Source: Balanoglossus misakiensis (lineage: Eukaryota > Animalia > Hemichordata). From it: a stretch of 64,000 nt of DNA. Below are positions 25,134-44,445 of this stretch, one piece after another (position 1 is the stretch's first letter; every line of letters begins with the position of its first letter). The position numbers and the translations under genes are program-made. The notes beneath the pieces were generated by a model. It was not told where the DNA came from, did no database searches, and was given only the letters and a program-made list of their open reading frames with translations. Location of the stretch: the NCBI GenBank assembly GCA_040954595.2, contig CM082595.2, forward strand, positions 4,304,137-4,368,136. The letters are read 5' to 3'.

Positions 25134-28100
25134 CTTAACAGTATACCGGTGTTTCAGTAAACGTCTTGGAGGGCAACTAGCGACGCAGATACGTCAACTT
25201 TCATGTCGGTGTTGTAGTAGAGACAATTTCCTTTAAATCGGTATCAGCGGAATGTTTGTCACACTAAGCACGAACACATGAATCTAACACCTCGAAAATT
25301 ATATGAAGATGTACTCGGCGAAATTTGGCTTATAATCGACGATATCCTGGTAATGAAGTCTCGATGTCGAAAGTCGACTGACTTATCATTGGCAACAATA
25401 TACGACTCAAAGCGTTCGATGACTTTCGGCTATAAACGAACGCTTCCCGTGTCAGACTGACGTAATGGCAAATATCCCCGCGTTAGTTGCGCGAATAACA
25501 GCAAGAGGAGACAACAACAAACAACTCCTTCGCCGACTTCACGCGTTATGTGTATCTCTTTCGAAGCGTGGACCACACTCCAAGGGGGTCAAAAATCGAC
25601 CCAAAATTTCAACAATACGTTTGTTTCGTTATGCAATATAGATGACGGGTTCTTCTGCATTATATCGATCAGTATCGATTGCCGTCGATTCCGTTGTGAT
25701 CCTGTGATAACCTATTGACAGGTCACGTATTGGCTCATTTCTGGGCCGCGTTGCTAGGATACGGGGCACTCCCGTGAAAGTTTCACTGACGAAGATTACA
25801 ACTTTATATTTAATAATAGTGTAATAGTAATTAAAACTGTGCGATACATTAAGTAGACGGTGTTGTCATTAACCAGGTTATTGACACGGCGAAACTACAG
25901 TTTGGGGGTGCGACAAATAAGATTCGCTTTCCAGCGGTTATTAACTTTTGTTTTGATTTTCTTGCAGACCGACTCATGGTCTTGTTTTCAACATGGAAGC
26001 GGCCATGTTTGTGACGTAGGCCTTCAGTGGGAATCTACTGTACGTGTACGCCCTGATTGAAACGTGTGCTCGTCCGGGGGTCTACGCAGATCGATCAGCC
26101 ATCGATTTGCCCGACTTGCCCGATATATGAAAACTTGAACAAGTCAGTCATTCAAAGCGACAGCAAGGCATGAATCATAAAAATCAATAACACAGAGATT
26201 GAAGCGGCGACACTTGGCATCTCGTGAACACTGAATTTGCGCTTGTTACCATGGTAACTATCAGACCCAGTTGAGCAGTTAACACACGTCAGCATGTTTC
26301 ATGTACAGGCAATGCTAAACGCAATGTTGTCCTTTAGACGCTTTTAGAAATCCCTTTAGTGGGTAATTGGATCGATCGCATCGAGGTCAATACTTGATTC
26401 ACAACAGGTTAGCTGACAACTAACAAGCAGTCCACGAGTATCATTATAAAATGCTGTTGAACTTTGTCGACATTTTCATGTGTACAGCAAAGTGAAGCCC
26501 ACGCTACGAACGTTCATTCGACCATGAGATTCTGAGATCCTGATAATCATCGGCAAAACAGCGATGATTAAAATAAGCTAATTAATTATTTATTACCCAA
26601 TTAAGACGACATAATTAGAAAATTGTTGTCAATCGAATTTTGAATTATTAAAATGGATTTTTGATTTATGAATGATTTTGTAGTGTAATAATGCCATCAA
26701 ATTTCCATTAACCGTTCGATGGGATAAAATGAAAATAAGCAATAAGAATAATTTTATTGCTTAGTTAGACAGTTTGTATGTTAAAATGTTAGAATTATAG
26801 TTATTGCTTTAACTGTGGTCAATTTGCCTTCCAAGATGGCCGTTTGCATGACCTGAGATGGTCAACTATTATTGCACTGTACTTTCAGGTAAACAATACA
26901 TGTACTCATCAGATAAGATATCTCGATCTAACTATATAGGCCGATTGTCAATAAATGCACCCACGGCCATGGTCACATTGTCGGAGCCTTGACCTCTATT
27001 GGCGACTGTCCTACTATATGAACTGAGATCATGATTCCATGCGTCGCCCTATTCCGCGAAATAACACATAGCGGGGCCTATACACAGGTATCATAAGTAG
27101 CGTGCTGAGGCTACTGCAATCTCAGACAACTAAACCACTAGCTCTATAGCGGTCATCTCTCTTGACAACCCAGACAATGTCACAAAGCGAGGTCAAGAAG
27201 TCCACAGAAAATCAGAGGGGGGAAGAGGACAATCCTCGTATTGTAAAAAAAGTGCTCCGTTGAATAGCGTGAATGGAAGCATCAACAGAACGTTGCCCTC
27301 GACACCGGTCAAACCCACCGTATCTGCGTCGAAACTATTCTGACCTGTCAAACACCCCCGAGGGAGGGGGAGGCCCGTAAGGGACAACGTTTATCGCAAA
27401 TGACAAGAACGACAGACTTTCACGATATAAACAACTAGCAAAGCAGATCTTGCAACTGAGATTTTGCAGCCATACAGCTTAACTGAAGCCAATTGTGGCC
27501 GGACACGCACACATGTGGTTAATTACGGGCGCTGCTCGTGTTACCATGACGACAGTGCGTCAATCGCTCGTTCCAGTCTAATATATTTGAAATTGGCAAT
27601 ATTTCCAAACTGATGTGATCGCGTGCAATGAATTAATCGTCATGTAAGAAAATCTGTTCATTGTTTTGTGATAAAGTCTGCAGGTCACGAAAGCCTATCC
27701 TCTATCGACTATAAATCAATTAAGTTGTTGTGAAATTCGTCAATAGTTCGGTAGCAATTATTTTCAACCTTATTCTTGTCAACAGAATCGGTCACGTGAC
27801 ATCGCTTCTTACCAGCTAAATATTGATCTTCATAGGGGGTGTCATTTTTTCACAGTGACTACGTCATAACATTTGAAGTACAGAGTCCAATCTTTCGGAC
27901 ATTTTTATCGTTTTTTCCACTAACGGTTGGCATGGCAACAAAACAATCTGCGTGAGTTCGCAACAATCACGTAATTCACTACCTGTGGACGCTGCCGTGC
28001 TTACACAATATTAATCGATATTCGCTTTAAGTTTAATAAAAGTCGGGTAGATATAATTGATGTCGTTTACAGCGCTCGAAATGTGTTTCTGTGAATTACA

Positions 28101-31072
28101 TACCGCCCGACGCACAATAGAAATTGAATATCGTTTGGACTATTCATTAAATTTACAATCCCCCGTTAAACAGTAATTGCAGGATTCATTAAATTCACAA
28201 TTCCTCACTAAGTACTATTGGAGGTTTCCGTAAATCGACAAACTTTTCCAAAGAGCTCTCAATTTCACAATCACCAAAAAGTCAGTGTCAAGTGCCTCTG
28301 CGCATGTGACTATGCCCATGTATGTTATGGCTGCTGTGGCCGTATAATTCAATTGGAATTGGAGCAGTATAAATAAAATATGAAAGAGAATAAAGAAATA
28401 TAAAAATGTACACGAAAAAAACTAAGTCTACAGCTACACCGAGAATCAATGAACACAAGAAAAAAGCACCGCCACTTAAAGATCTAAAAAGTTGTAAAAA
28501 ATTAACAAAATCTATAATTTTTCTATGATAAAGTATTTCTCGGTTTGGTTTCCAAAGCAAATGAAATGTGTCGCAGATTTTGTTGTCACGCTAATTCTGA
28601 CGTAAATAATTAACTCCGCATTTTTGATTAAATGTGAAATTTTAACACTGACTGGCGAGGAGCTTTCTACTTAAATTCCATGACAGCTAAGTGGTTAAGT
28701 TAAAGCTAGTTGCGTTTTAAGAAAATACATTATTGTCAGGTTTTGGCTTTCTTTTCTATTTGCACAATCTCGCGGCGGACGGAAATAGTATTGAACACAA
28801 CACATTGTGTTGGTCTCACTCTAGTATTTTCTTGACTGTACAAATGTGCATTTGCTTGGGTGTGGGCATTCCTTCTCGATTGAGTGGAAATATTTCTTCG
28901 ACGGACTAGAGTACCCCATTAAAAGGAAATCGACAATGGCGTATGCATCGCGCAGTACCAACTGGGAATTCTGTTACAGCCCTCCGGTGAAACTGTTTCA
29001 CGCATGTATGTTGTTATGAACCAAAAAACTCGCAACACAAACACCCAGACAGCAACAACAATGATACACTGAACACCCAAAGTTATCCGTTTCACTGCGA
29101 ATCTATTTGTCACAGGAAGAAAAAATAATATCATGGTACAAGCACTGAAACTTAAATGTGACTAGGGTTCTTACCCAAATATTGTCCGAGAGCAACGCTG
29201 AATTCAAACCAACAGGACATACCCGACTTGCTGAACTTCAACACCGAGCTCACACGTGGATTACAAGATACCAGTCCCCGTCGCTCATGGCCGAGTGCAA
29301 CCTGTCTCAGTGTTTTGTGTTCGGCTCACGCCACTTGACAGCCTTTGCCGAAAGTCAAAAATCAAAAACCCTTACGTAATATTCAAAATACCCAGGTGTA
29401 CGGCTACTACAGCTAACGCTATGTTAATGACGTACACCCTTATTGTTTATCCACCACTGATATTTAAATTCTATTCATTCGTATAGTACAATCGTAACAC
29501 CTCCCCCACCGAAAGATAATTTTGACAGGTCATGGCAAAACTTGTCAAAAAAAGTCAAATTTAACATCGAGGCAAACTATCTGCGACAATGTGCGTGTGT
29601 GTTTTTTCTCAACAGTAGGCCTAGTGTGTATAGCTATGCAGTACAGCATTAAATGTCAAGATCTCGGAGAACTATGTCTACTACAATGCGTGCGTCATCA
29701 TGAAATTCGCATACATACATGGTTGCATGGTTCAAAATTCTAAGCACAAAATAATGCCATTTATCGTATCGCCGATCTAACAGCCTTCCCTAATCTCGTC
29801 TGAATCCCATTAACTCATACCTTCCCCCGGTCAACAATCAACATGCGCAAAACGTGTTGCCAGGTCACGCAGAACTGTCGGTACACAAGGCATTCCACTT
29901 TTATTAGTTTGTTTTGGCGTTCAAATGAATGTTCAACTTGTAAGTCTTATGACCCGTGAAACGTCGCCGTGTAATGGCATGCCACTGAACCCTGGTCATG
30001 AACTACAAGCTGGAATGACTAGCTAAAACTTGCAAAAGAGAGCTGGCCAAATCAAAGCGATACAATAATGTACAGTATGTTGTTTATCGATCGATCGATT
30101 TCTTCTAGAATTCACGTTGATATTTGTTCAATTTCAGATGCGAGAACGGCTGTGGTTTGAAATTGATCTCCTATATTAACGCTTCTTGTAGTATTTGATT
30201 GAAATCTATTCAGTGTTTCAGTTTGTCGATATGCACTGACATTTGGCTAGAAATATGCGGGCCTCGCCTATAGGCCTATCGCACCGCCCGGGACAGAATG
30301 GGACAGTGCGTGCATATACACGGTCTGCCTATATATGTCCGATGTAACTGATAGATGCAAGCTGACACATTACAGAGCTCCGAACTCAGCAACGTGAATA
30401 TATATGCGGCGATGAATCGTTTTTAAGTGGCCAAAGGTTGTGATCTTTAATGTATGGCAAACAGAGCCTGACTTCAATGTGGTAGTGAAACCATAGCAAC
30501 CACCGGCGTTCGGTGCCGTATTTGAATGGGCATCGTTGCCGGCATCTCTCTCTTTGTTGTTCTGTACTCGCGGTCAATCAGTATATTACGATTAACGCGA
30601 CTCGTACGCGCAAATGAACCTCTCAGGGGAACACAGAGTATGGCGAACTAGCCTTCAACAGTTCAAGCACGATGTTTTGATGTCAGTAACACGGCGCATA
30701 GGTGATATACAAACACCGGGTTTACATAGGGTCACCACCATCATAACGTCAGACCGTTATACGACCTATTGTTGTTCACGCATAAGGCGCTCTACCGCAA
30801 ACAGTGGACGTATGTATTTTGTCGACTTTTCATGGAATCAAAAGAAAATTCCATTAGACCATGTATAGACTATCTCGGCGGGTTAATCTGAAATAATGTC
30901 ACGTCGGCTGTTAAGCGCGCTGAACGAATGTCTCCGTGAAAATAGATAATCGCATGGTAATTTCCCGAACTATTTAGAAAATAAATCGCTTCAATTTCGC
31001 TGCCTTTCAAGCGCGGATCGCTATCGCTGTCAGAAGTTAATTTAATGAAGAATAAAATATTTTGAAGCTCAC

Positions 31073-31426
31073 CCCAAGTCGGTTAGCTCGTAGTAACTCT
31101 TCCGCACGGGCCAGCACCGCCGCCCGCCTTTCCCGGCGGTTCAAAAATCTATCCATGGATCTGCTGTGACTTCGGGGAGGCAGACGGATCTCGATGGGAA
31201 TGTTGATCCCGCCGCCGGGGCCGATCCCGGGATCGCTGTAGCTGTCCCGTACCTGTTTATCCTCGCCGATGGCCAAGCCTACCTCCACGGGATGTCCATA
31301 GTGTCTCCCGGCGGCGTCGTAGTTCATGTGCCCGGTCAGGGCAACATTGCCGCCGTTTGAGATCCGCGGGGTAACCATGTACTTACTGCCGTGAATGAAC
31401 ACGTTGACGTTCTTCCTCGCCTCCAT
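31073..31426 (-). CDS. Candidate alternative first coding exon D of DCX-EMAP (MEARKNVNVFIHG...RANRLG), or first exon of an otherwise unseen gene
   Basis: GC-rich 118-codon ORF, gttATGG, GGG|gtgagc phase-0 donor; X-box-like motif at 31650 and CRE at 31737 upstream. Confidence 0.6.
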
Positions 31427-32720
31427 AACGCCTTGTTACACGGCTAAACAAACTACACAAATCCGAAAATCCCCGGCCAAGCTGAGACCATAGCCCCGTT
31501 TCTTCTCGGTTGCCATCGCGCTGCCGGTTGTAATACGTACGCACCGTTTGGCGTCTCCTTGTACTACAACGCATATAGTGAATGCGTAAGTGCCAGTCAC
31601 GCACTGCAGCGCAGTCGTAACCGGGGAATGCCACAATGACACCCTTGACGTTGCTGTGGTAACGCACGCCGACTCATAACGCGAGGCCAACAACCACGAA
31701 ACAAAACTCAGCAGAGGGAAGAAACGGCACTACGTCTGACGTCACCTCAAAAATTATGACTCTACCCGAAAACAATGGAGTAATTATGGAGCAGACTTAA
31801 CAACATAATCTCACTTTAGTACGATTCTTTTCCAGCGACGATTGAACGACTGTTTCCCAGCATATGGGTGACCCCGCGAGGTCAGGTTCGCGAACCAGGC
31901 AGTAATAAATAGCCGTCTGCTGATCAACGCTTTGTTGTTACATGTAAATCTAGGCAACGTTACAAGACACTATGGCAGTGTTGAAACAAGACTTCCGATT
32001 TACAGTACTTGACGAATTTTTGTTTTAAAACGGGAATTACACGAACTTATCCTCGGCAGACTCAAACGAAAGAATACTACGAATAATTTCTAGGGGGCCC
32101 GTGGCAAGCCCATACGGACTCAGGCCAGTGATCACGTGGTTGATAACCAGGTGCGCATGCCATAAACAAAAACACTGATTGTTACGTAACATTATGGGGT
32201 ACTGCACGTTCTTTCATTTAACATTTACATAAAATTGGACTTCGCAATCTACATATTCAGCGATTCGGCCCGTCATTTCTGCCGGCCTGCTGAGTTTGTG
32301 AATCACGAAAATAGGTTTACTTGAATATTTTTTGGCGAAGAGCAACGGTAAGTAAATTAACAGACAGATACGAGAAATTAGGGCCGAGTCCACAAGAATT
32401 CAAACGTGTTTCGGCGGCAATTGCGAAGCTATAAATTCCAGCATATGTGATACGTGGAACCGCGCTCAGTCGAAATTACAGCCCCATTACACTTGCTATA
32501 TGTTTCTTATATTGCAAGCATTTTCATTAATCTCTGGCTATCTAATGTAATTGTACCCAGTCGTGTACAACTGTATGCGTTTGTCGTTTTCCAAGGCGGG
32601 AGGGACTTCCTCGAACCCCTCGATGACCACCCCACCCCACCCCCACTATATCAAATGCTTCCGTCCACCTTTAAAGGAAAACCGTGTTCTTTTTTTATTG
32701 GCCCAGGTAACGCAGTCGCC

Positions 32721-34276
32721 ATGTCATCTCCGACCGCATCATTCTTCAAAGTAATTCTTCTACTACTACTGGTTATAGTAGGCTTGAACATGATGTTGAG
32801 CAATTTTAAAGGTTAGCTATATACAATTATTGTTTTCAATACAGCTTGTTTGCTACTTGCTATAGATCGCGCTAAAAGCTGTTTATCTCACTACAGTTGA
32901 ACGTCGATTATCCGCACGTCGATTATCCGCATTGTTCGGTCATCCGAACTCACTCTGTGTCCCCCGAAAAGTCTACCTGTACATGTACTAATTTCTTTGC
33001 AATTCTGTATTGCGCTACAGGTATTGCTATCGAAGTGAAGTTCGGCGAGAATATCGTGAAACGGGATTTGACGACGGCAGCCGGCTTGTCATCACTGACG
33101 GTGAGCAATTTCCCACTGCAATGCATGTTCGTATCACAGTGGACCCTTTAACCCTTTCACCCCTCCCCTCCCCTTTAAAAGGTCCAGTGTTACCATAGAA
33201 AATAATAGATTTGGACCAAACCATGGTGGTGAAAGGGTTAAAGGATGTAGACTTTCGTCAATACAATTAATGCACATGACTATAAAGGTCAGTTTAGGAA
33301 AGTCCCTTGACTGGCCACTATAAATGTACATGTACTCGCAAACATTGCGTCACATTATGCCATAAATGATTACTATGGTAACCATTTAGCAATGTTCCTT
33401 CGCCTATGCAGCCTTCGAACTAACCAAATCTCTTTCAACCAACAGACTACAGCCGAGCCTGAGGACGAGAACAGATTCCGCAGCAGGAAACGATTACTGG
33501 AACGAGGCTGCCACGAATATGCAAATGACACCCACCAACCGAGCTATTCGTACCAGACAGTGGACGAAAACCACAAAATGATGATTTGCATGATCCCGAA
33601 AATTGGATCAACCAATTGGAGACGCGTTTTGTTGATGCTGACTGGAAACTACACCTTGGACGACGTCAAAACCTGGCCAGTTCTTAGGGAAATGGTTAAA
33701 ATTTATAAAAAGCTGGTTCAGTACAGAAAGCCAAAAAGAAGTCAACTTTTAAACAACTTTACCAAAGTTATATTTGTACGGCACCCATTTTCCCGATTCC
33801 TGTCTGGGTTCCTTGATAAAATATCGAACATAGAACTCAACCAGAAGAGGCCATGGATGCCTATATACAATAACTTTGAAAACGTCACGGGAATTTCAAC
33901 AGAATATGTCCAGTTCAAGGATTTTGTGAAGTACATGATTTTACGCCAGGATCCACCCGACACGTGGAACGAGCACTTCAAGCCGATGTACTACATTTGT
34001 GACCTGTGTCACGTGCAGTATGACGTCATTGGGCACCTGGAAACGATCGGGGAAGACGCGCGTTACGTCATGGACCTGGTCCGCGCCGAGTTTGAGTACC
34101 CAAGGAACACGCACAGGAAATCGCATGAGCTGTCATACAGCTCCAAGACCGAGGCCTTGGAAAAATATTTCAGCGACATAAGTAGTGATGAAATAAAACA
34201 ATTATATCGGATATATGAAAAGGACTTCAGGTTATTCGGCTACACTATACCAGCGTTTATGAACGTTAGTGTGTAG
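32721..34276 (+). CDS. Carbohydrate sulfotransferase (Sulfotransfer_2, CHST8-14/CHST11-like), copy 1; type II Golgi membrane protein, 3 coding exons
   Basis: Exons 32721-32811 (MSSPTASFFKVILLLLLVIVGL, TM anchor), 33021-33090, 33446-34276; 5'-PSB motif CMIPKIGSTNW, 3'-PB motif VRHPFSRFLS, NEHFKP..CDLC..YDVIGHLET, C-terminal YEKDFRLFGY. Confidence 0.93.
33148..33241. mobile_element. Short piggyBac-like MITE (TTAA|CCCTTTCACC...GGTGAAAGGG|TTAA); diverged copies at about 39158-39250 and 47788-47870
   Basis: TTAA flanks, CCC/GGG termini, shared internal ACCATAG..GATTTGGACCAAA.CATGGTGGT. Confidence 0.7.
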
Positions 34277-34616
34277 TGGTTTTCTGATTTCTACGGCGTG
34301 GACCTGATTTCTCGATATTCAATGCATTTTTATGCTTTGATGACAAGCCGTCTATGAATATGTGTACACTATACGCATGATACAGCAAACTTCTGAATAT
34401 ACACCGTCTGTTAGAAAATTCTTTGAAATTTTGAATACGTGCATAGCGCAAGATTTCGTGGGCCATCAGTCACCATAACAGGGGCCCAGAACTAGTACAG
34501 GATTTCTGTAGCTGAGATAATTTACTAGGAATAAATTAAAGTTGACCTATAGCCTCTTGGTACTCTGTGTGACTGTTTTGACTATGACATTTGATCAGGT
34601 GTTCCGACATTCCGGA

Positions 34617-34692
34617 CCAATCAGAGCCAAGTATCTCAGCTAGTGGCCACAACGAAAGAAATGAACCGTGGTCAATAATTAACATATAAATA
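34617..34692 (+). promoter_or_regulatory. Putative CCAAT + TATA promoter of sulfotransferase copy 2
   Basis: CCAAT at 34617 and TATAAATA at 34685; a donor CAG|gtaaat near 34891 could end a 5' UTR exon spliced to the acceptor just before the ATG at 35255. Confidence 0.35.
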
Positions 34693-35254
34693 CCAGACTC
34701 TGGTATTAATTACATTTACATAAAGGCAAAAATTAGCAACCCCGGCACTTCCCAACCATAGGCACAGTCAGCCATTGTCTGCAAAACCGCTGAACTGGTG
34801 CGTCCACGAAGGCAGATACATTTGAATATTTTGGAGAAGCGACTTGCAAGACTAGAGGGCGTTGAACGTGAACTGACGTGCAAGCACACAGGTAAATAGA
34901 CCCGAGTACTTTCTCCAACATATTTTGACGGCAACTGCGAATTTACGAGTTCATCATGCGTTGTACGCGAAACACTTGAGTTGAAACGCGCTTTGCCTAT
35001 GTCTCTCATATTGCGTGCAGTTTCATTAATCCCTGCAGGGGCCATCTGATGTTCTCGTACATGTACTAAGCCGTGTGCAGCGACACACAGTGTTGTCATA
35101 TTTTAGATGTGTAAAGGCGGATGGGGGAACTTCCGCGAGCCGCAACCTGGGCCCTTCTTTAACCAAGGCACCTACGGCCCTGACACTCCCCTTTATCTAA
35201 CGCTTCCCTCCGTTAATGGTTACCTCTCTGTTTTGACCTAGCAGACCAATCGCC

Positions 35255-36616
35255 ATGTCGTCTCCGACCACATCATACCTCAAAGTGATATTCTTCCTAC
35301 TACTGGCTATAGTTGGAGTGAACATAACGTTATACAACCTTAAAGGTACAGATAAGGGAAGAACCGTTTGATTTCTGGGGGTGGGGGATTTTTGGCGTGT
35401 CAGCCATGTTTACAGTTACTGGTACAGCAACTTTATTTCTATTGCCAGTCCAACTTTTTATCTCGATGATTGCAGAATTTGTTTTCCCTCCCTACCATCT
35501 ATTTCTCATTCATTGAAGGCGTTCCTTATTAAACTGTACCACAGGTATTTCAATCGAAGTCAAGTTCGGACAGAAAACCGAGAAGAGAGAGATTACGACG
35601 ACAGCTGCCGATTTGTTGCAGACACAATTGGAGGCTATGAAGGTGCGTATCTCGTGGTCGAAATTTCATCTTTTGGCGCAAGAAAAGTATTGTTTACAAT
35701 GGCAATCCAGTACAGGTAAACTGGTTATGAAAATGTGTACAATGTAATTATCTACAAGAACTAACAAGATCTCTTCCACCAACAGACTACGACAGAGCCC
35801 AATGACGAGAACAGACTACGCAGAAGGAAACTGCTATTCGACAGAGGCTGCCGCGGACATACAAATCACAGCTACGTCCCTACATACAGCTACATCACGG
35901 TGGATGAACAACACAAGATGATGATTTGCATGGTCCCCAAGATCGGCTCAAGTAATTGGAAACGCGCGTTACTGATGCTGACTGGAAACTATACCTCAGA
36001 CGACGTGAGGTTCTGGCCAGCTCTGAATGACGTCTCAAAGTTTTATAAAAAGCTGATCAATTACAGAGATCCAACAAGAAGTCAACTTTTGAATAACTAT
36101 ACCAAGATTGTTTTTGTACGACATCCGTTTTCGAGATTCCTCTCCGGATATTTGAATAAAATATCGACGGTGAAGCTCAGCGAGAACAGGCAAGGGTTGC
36201 CCATATACAAGAACTTCAAAAACGTCACAGGAATCTCAACAGAATATGTTCAGTTCAAGGATTTTGTGAAGTACATGATTTTGAGGGAAGACCCACCTGA
36301 CTCTTGGAATGAACACTTCAAGCCGGTGTATTACGTCTGCGCCCTGTGTCACGTGCAGTATGACGTCATCGGCCACCTGGAAACAATTGGTGAAGATGGG
36401 CGTTACGTTTTGAATGAAGTTGGAGCCGATTTCGTGTTCCCGACGAACCAGCCGAAGACGTCACAAGGACTGTCTTACAGCTCCAAGACAGACGCCATGC
36501 AAAAGTATTTCAGTGACATTAGTAAAGATGAAATAAAACAATTGTATCGGATATACGAGATGGATTTCAAATTATTCGGTTTCACGGTACCAGAATACAT
36601 GAATGTTACAGTGTAG
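35255..36616 (+). CDS. Carbohydrate sulfotransferase (CHST11-like), copy 2, tandem paralog
   Basis: Exons 35255-35345, 35545-35642, 35786-36616 with the same intron phases as copy 1; motifs CMVPKIGSSNW, VRHPFSRFLSGY, NEHFKP, YEMDFKLFGF. Confidence 0.93.
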
Positions 36617-36927
36617 AGATTTTGTACCAGGCGCATGCGCGGTGTTATTAAACCAACTGTAGAATGCTGGAAAACCAAGCTCTCTTAAATAAAGGGAATT
36701 GTACAAGTTCAGTTTATTTGTAAAGACTACAAAATCCACTGTCGTTACGAAGACTGTGACCCAGTGTATTCCTTGACTTTTAATTTATTCGCGAGGTGTG
36801 CATACGCATACAAGCCAGTCCTGGGATAAAGACATTCTTGCATTAACCATTGACACTAGAAATGTCTAATACATGTATATGCATAAATTTACACATCGAT
36901 AAACGTTAGTAGCATATCCCCATAATT

Positions 36928-36946
36928 TGACCACAAGGGGGCGCTG
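36928..36946 (+). promoter_or_regulatory. CTCF-like motif between convergent sulfotransferase and CAPS2 3' ends
   Basis: TGACCACAAGGGGGCGCTG closely matches the CTCF core consensus CCAC/GC/TAGG/AGGGCGC. Confidence 0.45.
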
Positions 36947-37305
36947 TTCAACAGAGCTTGGATGTTCAGCAGGTCAGAAGTGAAACATTATTTCAGGGCT
37001 GAAATTTAGCATTTAAATGTACACATCAGTCAGCTTCTATACAACAGAAGCCAGTTTTATTTCGCATACAACTAATACACATGTAACAAATCGCAAAACC
37101 TAATAATCAGGTGCTGTATTAAAATAACTGTGCAAGTTCCAATATATGTAATTTTAACCTTTTTTTAAAGACGCAACCTGTTTTGGGCATCAAAACAAGT
37201 TTGTTGAACTTATGTGACAATCTGAGACTCCATTATGTACATCCAGGGCTCGACTAAACTGAGACCCTCGGCGAAAAAGCTACCTTGGACAAACTCCAGT
37301 GCATA

Positions 37306-44445
<7,140 letters not shown>

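Noticed and set aside
24812-25160. Plus-strand ORFs of 90 and 113 aa
   Set aside because: Antisense shadows of the minus-strand candidate exon; no recognisable domain or splice context.
29175-29288. ATG-led, phase-0 donor exon candidate with two in-frame TGA codons
   Set aside because: Frame is interrupted and no SECIS evidence was seen; at most a non-coding first exon. Donors at about 27813 and 20907 likewise lack an open in-frame ATG.
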